From Phoronis australis (taxonomy: Eukaryota; Animalia; Phoronida), in the NCBI GenBank assembly GCA_002633005.1, contig NMRA01000186.1, positions 124,001-188,000 on the forward strand: a stretch of 64,000 nt of DNA. Reading direction: 5' to 3'. This document shows, one piece after another, positions 25,613 to 37,796 of this stretch (the stretch's first letter is position 1; the number at the start of each line of letters is the position of its first letter). The notes under the pieces were generated by a model that was not told the DNA's origin, did not search any database, and saw only the letters and a list, made by a program, of their open reading frames with translations. The translations under genes and the position numbers were made by a program.

Positions 25613-28569
25613 CAGTGGCGGATCTACGGGGGGGGGTCAGGGGGTTTAAACCCCCGCCTCGGGCCTGGACCCAAAAATTTAAAAAAAAACAAAAACATCT
25701 CCAGCAAAACAAAAACGGCACCGCCAGCGTTTGTAAACCCATGCAGAGTAAACCAACTTGGAAAAAATGAGGGGAGGATCGACGGGTTCACTCTGAACTT
25801 TGCATTGTGAATTGCTGTTATGAAAATCAACGCGTTTCGAGTCTTCGTAGCTCATCGACAAAACGCGCGGAGAGATCAGTTGTGCGCGCGCTTGACACCT
25901 CTGAAGTAGCTAAGCATTTTACATGGATCCATCGCTGAAAGAGCAGGGGGCTGTTCCAAGAAACTGACTTAAGTTCATTTTTGACTTAAGTCTAAGATTT
26001 GTCTTAATTTCCAAACTTTGAAACTTCCACATTTGGAAAGTTACTCAAAATTAAGACAAAACTTGGCTCATACACTTAAGTCAAACTTAAGATCTCTTTC
26101 TTGATTTGGTTTTGAGACAAATTTAACTTTTATTTTAAAATTTACTAAAATTTAAGATTTGTCTTAGCTAAGTCAGTTTTGTTGGAACGGGCCCCAGCTC
26201 TATAGCTGATTTCTTTAGGTAACTAGTTTCTTTACTCTAAGATATGTTTTGATTTGATTAGGGGAAAGTGGTGCCGCAACCCAGTGATATTCAGGCGAAT
26301 TGACGGGCAACGTTTTTACCTCATCTGTCATGCCGTGTCATCCTATTACACCCCACACGTTTGTAACTCGAATTTGACTGGTGTATTGAGTTGTCTTGCG
26401 CAATGTCATACAGTGTACATGTACATGTAATACTTTTGAAAAAAACTCGTTTTCCGAAGAATTGCTATTGTGGCGGGCGCCGTGGTCTGGTCGCGAGTCT
26501 GTTTGAAGATCATGACACTCTATGTCTATACAAGGAATGATCAAGGGGGCACTCACATTGACAAAGTGACCTCATTCGCGAACAGTGTACAGTACCAGAA
26601 ATTGCGGGGAGACTGTATTTTCACAACAAAGTCTTGCGGGACTCGTGCGATGTTCAACTGATGGGCCTTCGAAGGAGCCCTAGTGCCGACCTCAACACCA
26701 GCTACCGTCTTTCTACCTACAATAAGCACCACTGAGGTTTTCTATTCTGGGGAATTCCCGCAGAAAGGCCCACCCGACGAAACGCCCATGCCCATGGGCA
26801 TTTATTTGATGTTGAGTACTTCGGGTTTCAAGCGTTCACACATTGGGAAGTTTATTTCGAAAATTGCAAGAGATGCAAATGGGTCCTGGGATACATCGTC
26901 AAGGTTTGAAGTAGTCCATGATGAACAGAACAAATTTAGTTACACATGCTGTAAGTCTTTTGAATGGACTTGGTAACCTCAGGGGGCTTAGTGCCAACTG
27001 AGCTGCGAAACCAGATGCTGCATTGTAGAGGTGGACAAGCTCATTGACACAGCAGTCAACGAAGCGCAAGCGTTGGGAACAAACGTCGAAGATGTCTGGG
27101 TAGAATGGTTCTAAGACAAGCAAACCACTGGATCCGATATACAGATTCCTCGGCAGTCTAGACAGCAGGAAGATTGGACCAACGTTCCTGGCGAAACACC
27201 CAGGTAATAAGTTATAATTATTCACAGTTTGTAATAATGTCGGTTTTTTATGCTTGTGTACAATGAAAACGAAATAGACATTATTTTTAGACATGCCAAA
27301 TTTACCCAGTACACCAGAGGGTCTACGAGCGCACAGAAACTGATTCTGGTTTGTATTTCCACATGAGTCTATTTGCTTCATATCCAAAATCTTATTTCCC
27401 GTAGTGCGTAGTTAAATCTGTACCCAATACTTGTTTCTTCTAGTGAGTACTACAGAACGGTGCGAAAACCCTTCTTGATAACCTCTCGCAACAGTTGACC
27501 ACCAGATGTGTAAACTACACGTACGAGCAACCACTGGGGATTAAAACGTGTCTAGAGAGAAGTTTTCAATTCAAAATTTTTTTGCATTACGGTACACTTC
27601 AGGTCTCGCGACGGACCAGGCCAGCTTGATTTGTGAAGATGTTGAGTTTCAGTGTACTTCTGGTCCCTCGGCGAACTAGTCTTGTGATTTTTTTACCAAA
27701 GTGTGCTTTGTAAAACTATTTATCTCAGCCAGTATTGTTTGGTCCCGCGACAGATCGACTCTTGGTCTAGTGACGGACCAGGTCAGCCTTTTTGTGTACT
27801 CTCAGTGTACATCTGGTCGCTCTGCAAACTAGTCCAGTATATCTTTTCACCACTGTGCACAGGATGTTTTGGTTTCGTGAAGCTGTTTTCAGATGATTTG
27901 TTTCCTGATACATTTGACGTTTTTCAATTGTTGTCAACGTGATTCAGCTTAATAAAGTGATACTTAATTATTTATTGTCGCTTTTAAGACTATGAGCTGA
28001 GAGCACCATCGTTCGCCAGTTTTTCTCATAACGAGACAGAACAGTACATGTTTATTTCCGGACCCAGTACAGGTCTTCGTTCTTCAACAACTTTAGGCTG
28101 CTGTTACGCGATCATCTGATATTCAAGTTTTAGTTACGCCCTGTCGGTGCTCCTTATGCTCTTGAATATTTGGAAGTTGTCTAAATCCCTGTATACACAC
28201 CACACTTTTTCGTATACAACTTTTCGTCTGCTAAAAAGGTGTGTAAGCAGATGTTCCAACAAAAAAATGCTGGTGGCGTGACTCATACCCAAATGTGCGC
28301 AATTTGGTTTCACGAAACTTATGAGCCAAGTTCATGTGACGAAATCGAGAAGGGTTTTTAATTATCTTAAGAAAAACTCAAGAGACATGTGCCAGAAACT
28401 TACCAGGATGCATGCATATTTCACTATTTGGCTACAAAAACAAAATATTTCATACACGGGAGGGGGAACCGGCCTCCCGACCTCCTCCCGCTCGGCGCCA
28501 CGCGCTAAAGATTCGATCTTTGCGTGAATCCTAAACCCCTCTCTTACTGAAAACGTAGATCCGCCACTG
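25613..28569 (+). mobile_element. Decayed hAT transposon (PRKRIR/ZMYM1-like transposase relic) in the UBR3 5' intron
   Basis: Perfect 16-bp TIR cagtggcggatctacg/cgtagatccgccactg. Internal + strand relic ..VWVEWF*..IQIPRQSRQQEDWTNVPGETP|intron|EYYRTV..PFL. No clear TSD. Confidence 0.7.
25947..26194. mobile_element. PIF/Harbinger-like MITE nested in the hAT relic
   Basis: CAG|ggggctgttccaagaaactgactta...taagtcagttttgttggaacgggccc|CAG. Confidence 0.7.
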
Positions 28570-28838
28570 CTGTAGTTAAATTGGGCTTAGCCACGCGATC
28601 GGGGTTCCTTGACTTTGTTTACTTTGAGTCGATCACTGCCCGTTTTAATAGATTGCAACTAGCCTATGTGGTCGCCTTACTACGTAACAGTACTGAAAGG
28701 GGTTTCCCAGATTTCAACGCATGACTGAATGTTATGACGTCCTGGTTTCATTACTTTAACCAATGAACCAATGGGAAACCATGATAAACAACATTTGGCA
28801 GTGCTACGGTAGCACTGTGAAAGAGTGTATAATTATCC

Positions 28839-29070
28839 CATGCGCGCACCCACTGGCGAAGAGGGTAAAAAGGTCCGCCTTAAGAGAAACAAAAAAATTC
28901 TAGAAAAACGAGAAAAAAGTCCACTAAAAAGGCACAGACGCACGTAGTTCACAGACCATGAAGGTGGTCCCCCGTTTTCTTTTTAGTCCTCCCGCTTTTT
29001 TGTAAAGGGTAAACTTTGTCACAGATTTCAGCCCCCCCCCATATTGAAGGCTCGGCGGGGTGCGCGCATG
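28839..29070. mobile_element. MITE with 13-bp TIR
   Basis: catgcgcgcaccc ... gggtgcgcgcatg; no TSD found. Confidence 0.6.
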
Positions 29071-30068
29071 TAAAGTATGTTCACTGGAGAAATTGCTTTG
29101 CAGTCCCTGAAATTTTTTATTCCCTAAAAACTTGGTTTTGTAAATCTTAATCAGTTGCTTTGGAAAATCATAAATTAAGTAGGCCCTATACAAAACTTAA
29201 GTCCTCATTGAGAGCACCCAAAATGTGTCGATATAATTGACTTTTAAAATGCTAGTTTTCACTTACGCCCTGTATCAGTCGTGTCGTATATCGACTGCTG
29301 TGCACTGAAGTCACGGTATGATTGCAGCAGCTAGTCTTAGATAGCCACGGGGTCTGACTAGCGGCTTGTCCCCGGCGGCCGCCGCGTTACACCGATCAGC
29401 TGGGTGACCAAAAAGTTTCTGCATATCCGAATTTTTTTTAGGCCAACTAGCCGGGGATCTCTTGTGTAAGGTCACACTTCATTACCGAAAAGACCTCAGT
29501 GGCTGGTTGCCAGAACTTAGCATGATGCGAAAGACTCTGAATTCACTAAGGTAGGCCTCCGTTCCATGAGTAGTCTCTACTCATTACGCCTTGTTTGTGA
29601 AAATACCCGGTTTTCCGGAGTACCACTACTAAGCCAATTTTTGGGAGAGAGTGAACTTTACGTTGAATTCTCAATTTTATTGAAAATAAGTACCCCACCG
29701 GATCTTTACAACGCCTCCGACTCCTCAGTAATTGTCACTGAGTTGCCAGAAGTCCGGCCTCTGAGTACTAAATCCGATTGAACATTTTCTAGTTATATTA
29801 TTAGGAAACGTTCTTAGTCAAAGAGGAGAACATAATAAAGACAAAATTATAGAAAAATGTTACACCTGTGAGAAAAGAAAGAAGCAAATATGCAAAAGAT
29901 TTAGGGAACTTAGTTGACTAAGTGGCCCCCATTTCCTGACAACCAGCCACTGGCGGATAATAGAAACAAAAGAGAAAAAGTTGCCACTAGAGGTCGCAAT
30001 TAGATTTAGAAAGCGCCATCTTTAACAAGAGAACCAAAGACAGCAGAGAAATACGCTGATATTTCAGA

Positions 30069-33000
30069 ATGTCTGAAACGGTAGAGTTTCTTATTTTCTG
30101 TATTATAAACATGTGATTGTAACTTTAGATACTGCTTTGATCGATTGGCATGAATTCCTCAGTATATTGTATAAAACCGGTAGCGGCTCTAAGTCACTGA
30201 ACTGGACACCGTCACTGGACATGCTTATTTCATATTTGTCATGCCGTACCACTCACTCAAACTCTGCAGTTGTAGGCAATACATCGCCAGTGGATGCCGT
30301 GGACAATTTATATGCTACTACTCTGTAATGGAGCAGTTCAACTGATTTCCTTTATGATTAATGAAATAAAGTATGCTAAACAATATCATTGATTGTATAA
30401 TAAACACTTCTAAAATTTGCGATTCTAAAATTTGCGATTATCTCCCTCATCCTACATATACTGGGGAACCCAATGTTCGTCCGCCTAAGCATAAAACCGA
30501 CTTGCTGTTGTACTCACCGAATTATTCCACTTCAAAGTTATGATCTGAATAGGATTCGATTTAACTCTCACAGATATACCGCATTCATCGATTCGGAAGT
30601 TTTCTTTAATTTGTGCCGAGTTATTTCAAATGTGCACTGCCTTCGGCAGCCATTTTATTGTGACACCTAAGTTCGTCATATGCTGCCCCCTTTTGTAAAA
30701 ACTGAGAAACATGCAGAAAAAGGCCAACGAAGTAATGAAAATTGCAACAGCCTGTTTTTATTGACATAAACTCGATTTGAAGCTTTGATGTTGAGCTCTG
30801 CACTGTGGTTTCCAATAAAAGCCAATTGGACATTTCAATGCAGTTTAATGGTGAACGTGAGGCAAAAATGTTAAGAACCCAGCGTATCGCATTTGTCTGC
30901 GGATTTTTCCTTTGGCCTTCTAGATCCTACTAGTGCCTGGGACAAACAGATACATTGCATAAACAAACCCTGGATCATGTTTTGTGTCCCGTCGGAAGAA
31001 AATTTAAATTCGAAAACATCTTCTGAAAACGCACAAAAAAGTGTATTAGTAAAATCTACTGATTTTTAAGTGGTTTTAAAAAACAATCGGTAAACTCACC
31101 GATTTTTGTCTCATTACTTTGATACGTGTTTCTCCCGAGAGGTTAGTACCTAACGTGAAGACGAGCACTCCAAATTGGAACGCTAAGTCCCGCGTGGTTG
31201 CGCTGCACGCGAAACAAGATGGCGGACGAACTTTGGAGCCTGACGAAAATAGGTAACCGGACGATACAAATTACAGGTCATTTCACCAAAATAGTTGACA
31301 CCATGGCTGTACCATAGGTGGTGTACTGCTTGCTGCTCTGGATGGGCGGTCAAGAATTTTATCCTCGTGTTGTCTTAGATGTAAAAGTTGAATAGACGGA
31401 CCTGTCTACTTGACTTTTATCAACTTGAATTCTAGTGAATGTTCAAATTTGCTTACTTAGACTTTGGGCACCTCTGCTTGGCCACACAGAAGCTCATTTT
31501 CGGTTGATGTATCAAACACTACAAATCTTAAATCCAAAGAACTGTTGAATTCTGGTGTTTGTATTGGGGCATGAATATGCAGGACATTCATTTGATGTTT
31601 TGATAAGAAAGGAAATTCCCACCACTTCAGGGAAAGGCGACTGTTCCTTCTGAAATGGGAACATTTTCGTGTTAGGAGAAAATTCTTCTTCCTGGTCACC
31701 ATCAACAGCACCCCAGCCTGTTCCAAGCCTCATAAGCTCTGCCTAAAGTAGCCAAAACTAGCATTTTGTGCTCTTGGCTTTCAATTTGTCCCCTTAGTCA
31801 GTTATAAGTGATTTGAACCTCAAGGGGAATTTCTCAATCACCTGAGGGCAATTTTTGGGCATCATGACAAGAATTTTGCATGATTTTCAATATCTTTTAG
31901 AGGGAATGGGGCCGAATATCGGGCACTGAGGGCCCTGCCCTTCAGAATTTTGCCAATTTATTTATTCTGTTGTCAGATTCAAACTTTGGGAAGGTGGTAT
32001 GGTAGAATCTCACTAATTTAGTATTCAATAATGCAAACAAGGGAAACTTTCTTTTCTTTATTTTTTCATAAATGTATGTAGCCTCATTATAATTTACCGT
32101 GTTCTGGTTCTGTATCATGGCTATCATCACAAAATGTTTGAAAAACTGGACTTTCACAACTATGATGACACCTTAAAAAATGATAAAACTGTGTTTTCTT
32201 CATTTTTTAATTCCAAATTGGCGACATTTTTGTTTGTAATACATTGCTCAGAGTCCATTGCATATGATGAATCGAAAAAAATCTTGTTCTTAGTTTCACT
32301 TTCAATTTTCGGCTGCCACAGATAGTGGTTGGCAGTGACGACTTTCTGTTGTGGCTGGGCATGAACATGCTTGTAAATTGAAAACCATTTAATTGGCTGA
32401 ATTTCATGTCACTCACTGTTCCCTAATCGTTTTTTTGCTCTTTAACCAGGATCAAACAGAGAACTCCCAGCCCAAGCCTGACACTAAATCAGATACGTCT
32501 AAAGGAGGTGAAGGAGACAAAAAAACAGAACATATCACATTAAAAGTGGTTGGACAGGTTGGTATTGCAGCAGTATTGAAACACTTACTGGCGAGGGTAT
32601 CAGTCTTCTCCTCAATCTTGACTCACTGCAGAAACGAGTTTGGATTTTGCTGTGGCGAGTTTGGCTCACCTGCGTCAATTTCTTTGTATGTTTGGCACCA
32701 GCTCCGTGTATTAATTCTAATTTTTTTACAAACTCCTCACCACTTGAACATGCATTTCTTTGACACGGTGACAAGCAATTTATAACAATTTGTATAAGTT
32801 CTTTCATAGCCCTGGTATTGTCTCCAATGTAAGCAAGAGTTTGCTACCAATTTCACAGTGGTAAGTAATCTAAATCAAATGTTGGATTTTGTGTTGAGAG
32901 GTGGGTGTATAGCTAGCTGCTACTTGAACCAACATCTTTGTATGTTGGCCATGTTTGTCAACTTTCAATTTTTAAAGGGAACACAGCATGTTTTGTCTAT

Positions 33001-36000
33001 TTTTTGAGGTTCTGAGTTTTAAAGTACTATTGTCTGCAAAAGTTTAAGAATTCTTTAATATTTAAAGCTGTATTTTGCCCAGTTTAGCTGGCTAAAAACT
33101 AAAATCGAATTACGCAATTTTTGAATTCTCAGTTTTAGGAATGGCCAACCCCTATCATGTCTGACACTTTTTCTTGAGTCGCTGATGATTGTGTACATAA
33201 GCTGTTTTCAAATTTGCAATGTTAGGGTTTTCCAACCCCTATAAAGTTTGAAGCATTTTCTTCAGTCGCTGATAGTTTCGATGTTCTTGTTTATATTGTA
33301 AATAGAATCCTATATTGGAAAGGGCTATTATATTATGAGAGCAATTTTATGAGAGTAAAAGGCCCTTATTCGATTTCCTCTTTTGATGCAGCTAAATAGA
33401 GAGAGATGTGGCATTTAATAATCACTCAGTCATTTTTTAAAGCAAATTTTGCGTATTAACTGTCAATATCAGCTCCTGTGTAGCTGCATTTCCTTCCAAG
33501 TTGAGGTTTATATCACAACTTGGAATTTTCCGCGAAAACGCGGATTTCCGCTTTCTTCAAATGTTCTGTCCGCGCATTTTATAATATTTCCGCGTAAAAA
33601 AATCATATTTGATATAAAATTTCCGCGGCAGATTCCTTTCTTACCGCGGCGTTCCTGACGATGTTCACCTCGAAAAGCAGAAGTTGCTCTTTATGTTTCG
33701 GAGGAACGTAAATTGTCAACATTGCCGGGGCATATAGGATGGCGTGGTGGGATTTTCAATGGCGTCTCGTGTTATTGTAAACTGCGGCGACAAATACTAT
33801 GGCTCTGCAGCCAAAGATGTGTGGGTTGGGAGTGGACGGACGAGCTAAAAGGACGCAGACACGTGCTACTGATGGTGGTAACGTTTTTTTTTGTTTTTTA
33901 GTCCTCCCGATTTTTGTCGGGGAAAGGTTCACATCGACCATTTCAAGGCTGCGTAGCACGCATGGTTTGGGCCGTAAAAGTTTCCGCGTTTTTTGTCATT
34001 GGTCATTCCAAGCCCTGTTATATGAGCTCAGATATTTACTGTGAAGTAGACTCTGCCTCTTTCATTCTCTTCCTCTCTCCATCTCTCCCCCTCTCCGTCT
34101 CTACCACTCTCCTCTCCCTCTCTACCCCCCTCTCTCTCCCCCTCTCCCTCTCTCCCTCTCTCCTCTNTCTCCGTCTCTCCCTCTCTCCCACTCTCCTCTC
34201 CCTCTCTACCCCCCTCTCTCTCCCCCTCTCTCCGTCTCTCCCTCTCTCTCATTTTCACTGCTAAATATTCACCACTTTTTACACAATAATAGGTTAATGT
34301 AGTTTTTCTGCCAAAGTGCTTCAAAATGATCCTAGTTACTGCTTGATCTCGCAACTGTGGTGAGTGCATTAATAAAGGTTTAAATGTAGTGCAACAAGTT
34401 ATACTTACCACATGTCAAAAAATGACTTGATTTCTAAACCACTTGCTGTTTTGGAGTTTGTCTCAAACAAATGATACTTAAATATCAATTGAAGTAGCTT
34501 CCGTCGCGAAAACCATTTAGTCAAAATAGGTATGATATCTGGTCTTTGAAAAAATTAACAATTGGTTACTGCTTGAAACAAGTTGACCTGTCTTGGAATG
34601 CCTTTTTATAAGCATGGTCTCGAGCTATAATGAACAGATATTTCTTTGCACTACCAAAAGAATCGTTCATCTGATTAAGGAAGTAGATTATTATGAAACC
34701 AGTTTTACAGCGGTAAGTGGTATAAAGCCACATTTAATTTCTACGTCGGAATGCAAGTTTATTGTCTCTACTACTGATCTGTGACTTGAAGACTTCAGTT
34801 ATCATTTCTTAAACGTTGGCATCCTAATGATGTTATTTGCTGGTATCCTAAGCTTTTGCATTTCAGGACCGTAACAGCGAAATTCACTTCAAAGTTAAAA
34901 AGACAACAACTATGGGGAAATTAAAGAAAACTTATGGAGACCGTCAGGTATGTTTTTTATGCCTAATTGTTCATTTTCACAATTTTGTGTTTCATTCACA
35001 GTTGATGGTATTTTTGAAAAAATATTCAGGGCAAAAAGCTTTTCATGAGTTTTTGACCTGTCTGGGTACTACTCAAAGGAGGCTGTCATTCTTAAGCTGC
35101 CATTGTCTCCATTGAGGTGCTGAAAACATCAGGTACTCCAATGGTGTTCAGCACTAGTGAAAAGGGAGATAACTCTGGCTAATTGTGTTGTCTATAGCGA
35201 TAGTTGTTGTGGCTATACCTCAGGCAAAACCAATTCACATTTGATCTGACCAGGTCAAAGGTAACCAACACTTCATCTCTGTTCTCACACTGCTGCCTTG
35301 GACGCACTTCCTGTTTGATGTTAAATGGTCTTCTTCTTAACTGAGCTCTGGCACTGACTGCGTCCACCAACTTTTTTCTTGCCTTTCTTCTTTGGACAAG
35401 GACAGAGAGGGAATTTCTTGGTTGAGGGTAAATCCCTCCCTCTAGTAACCACTAATGCACCCTCTAGTAGCCAAAAGTAACGGTTTGGAATTTGAAGCGA
35501 TTTTAAACTTGAGGAGAATTTTTGGGTCTAGTGAGTGAACTTTCGCTTGATTTTTAAATATCTTTGATAGGCAAATAAGGTGGATGTTCTGCCCCAAAAC
35601 AAAGGCACTGAAGAGCAATCTTTGACTGTTGTGAATACAACATCAAGTGCATTCTCAACTGTCTTAGTTTGTGACGGAATATGTATTGAAATCTTGTTCA
35701 GTATTAAGTTTGCAGGAAACATCCATATTTTATTGTAAATTGCCATTTTCGTTGAATTTGGTTAGGCCTCTGTTGAGAAATAGCTCCCATCCCAAGAAAC
35801 CAAAATTTATCCTTTTTAATTTTAGTGATAGAAATGGAGTTAATGTAAATAGTGCCTAAAATGACACCATATTATATAAACAGTTGGTCTTTCCATCCTG
35901 ATGATTTCCTGAGGGACCTGATCTTTTTTCCAAGCCCTGCTTCATTCCCCTCTGAAAAATATCTCATCACGCCCATAAATTCCCCTCCACTGATAAAAGA

Positions 36001-37796
36001 TATCTCTCACGATGAGAATCATTTAAAACTCAAGAGTGCCTCTGGTTCAGAAAATTTTATTGATTAGAAAATTCTCATGATGCAGTCATGCCTTACTAGT
36101 GTTTACCGGCTCAATGTGGAGAGCAGAGTCTGGACTACTTTGTAACAAGCATACTGGCGATCATATGCAGTAGTGTTGAGCAAAGAAAGTCATTCATTGG
36201 AAGTTTGATTCACTGCCTGACACTCCTAGTATTTGATCATGTACAATGCTGGAAAAAAACACTAGCCAAAGTGTATAAGCATGAAAACACTGGAGGACTG
36301 GCTTTGGCTACTCCAGGCTCATGGGTAAGCGAGGACTTTGCTGTTTTACGGTGTCATCAGTTGACCATACACTGTCGTAGTGATATTGGGTTTGAGTTCA
36401 GATCAATTGTGTTTAGTTATTCTAAGAAATAACCTTTACGTTTTGATTACCAAGTCCCAATTATTGTGTCACTATGATACAGTGTAGGCTATATTTTCCA
36501 GTTCTGTTCACCTTTATTCACTAGATTCTGGCAGTATTGCTGCATTGGTATTGTGCACTCTGTTGTGTATAAGGGAAACATTTGCTGCCGGCATAGGAGT
36601 AATTTTTGCCAGGGGTTAAACTGCTTTGTCATTAAAGCGAGAATTGAGTATTACAGTGCGTTCACTCTCTGCAATAAACAGTGAGGCTAAAAAGAGAGTA
36701 TTACAGTGCATTCACTCACTGCAATAAACAGTGAGGCTAAAAAGAGAGTATTACAGTGCGTTCACTCACTGCAATAAACAGTGAGGCTAAAAAGAGAGTA
36801 TTACAGTGCGTTCACTCACTGCAATAAACAGTGAGGCTAAAAAGAGAGTATTAAACGGTGCTGGTTTCGTTTTGCCATCCGCGTGTCACAAGAAGAATAA
36901 TCCTGACTCATCTCAGCTGGTGTGAGGTGATGCTGTGGGATAAGTACTTTTTTAGGCCTTACAAAGGCACTCTTCTATATGTTTGTGCGCTTTGAAGCAA
37001 GTGGTGAATCTACAAAAGTAGTGAAAATGACATATTGAGGTAACTTAAACTTCCTGCTAAGAGTCAGCAAAAGTGACCTTTGCAAACATTCATATTCACT
37101 CACTAGTATGTGGGTGGTATATAGTATGTGACACGATATTCTTATAATTGTGAAATTCATGCCTATCCTTCCCGCACGGCGATACAAAACTTTTATAAAT
37201 CATCGTGTAATTGCCTTTTTCTCTCCCGTCTATGCAGGGTGTTCCAGTAAATACACTTAGGTTTTGCTTTGAGGGCAACCGGATAGAGGATGACCAAACT
37301 GCTGAATCGGTGAGTCCAAATTTACAACCCTGGCAATAATGTTTGCAGCAGGGAAGCCGATCAAGAGCTCCCAAGTTTGACACTAGAGTGCACTAGTGAG
37401 GCAATGTGTCTTTGAGTAAAAATCAGTGCTTTCAGTTAGTCACCTAGGACTCTTATCCCAGGAGCGCCCCTATGCTGGTGGCAACTTTCTGTTCTCAATC
37501 AATTCATATGATAAAAAGAGAGCTTTCTAGTGACTGTCTAGTCTCCTGCAACCTATTCTAACAAATCTGTCTTTATTGCTTTAGTCACCTTGAACTCAGT
37601 AAAACCAGGGCTGGTTTCCAATGTCTTTTAATGGACATGGTGATGTGATAGTGTTGACATTGGTTTAAATGGGTCAGTCTGTTAAGTTAGCTCAAGGATA
37701 GAGAATTACACTGTTTGTGTTTTGTCTGTCTTTCAGCTGGATCTAGAAGATGAGGACGTGATTGAGGTGTATCAGGAGCAGACTGGAGGCTTGTAA
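30069..37796 (+). CDS. SUMO1: Small ubiquitin-like modifier, SUMO1-type, 110 aa; exons 30069-30080 (MSET, least certain), 32450-32557, 34867-34947, 37238-37309, 37737-37796
   Basis: HITLKVVGQ|DRNSEIHFKVKKTTTMGKLKKTYGDRQ|GVPVNTLRFCFEGNRIEDDQTAES|LDLEDEDVIEVYQEQTGGL*. All introns phase 0, at the positions I recall for vertebrate SUMO1. EIHFKVK and EVYQEQTGG are SUMO1-type motifs. Confidence 0.92.
31100..31225 (-). promoter_or_regulatory. UBR3: Putative non-coding first exon / TSS region of UBR3
   Basis: Minus-strand donor TCG|GTGAGT at 31100/31099; CpG-rich patch; YY1-type CCGCCATCTT motif (31225-31216). Acceptor ttattag| at 25231, 32 nt upstream of the UBR3 ATG, implies an upstream UTR exon. 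Confidence 0.5.
33514..34017. mobile_element. hAT-like MITE with apparent 6-bp TSD
   Basis: TTATAT|cacaacttggaat...attccaagccctg|TTATAT; ttccgcg subterminal repeats. Confidence 0.55.
34066..34250. repeat. CT-rich polypyrimidine low-complexity tract containing an N
   Basis: Directly visible. Confidence 0.9.
36646..36852. repeat. 50-bp minisatellite x4 in SUMO intron 3
   Basis: (gagtattacagtgcgttcactcactgcaataaacagtgaggctaaaaaga)4. Confidence 0.95.

Noticed and set aside
33914-34411. SL-rich and RE-rich ORFs
   Set aside because: Produced by a CT low-complexity tract containing an N.
36646-36852. 50-bp repeat array as CRISPR
   Set aside because: Head-to-tail minisatellite with no spacers.
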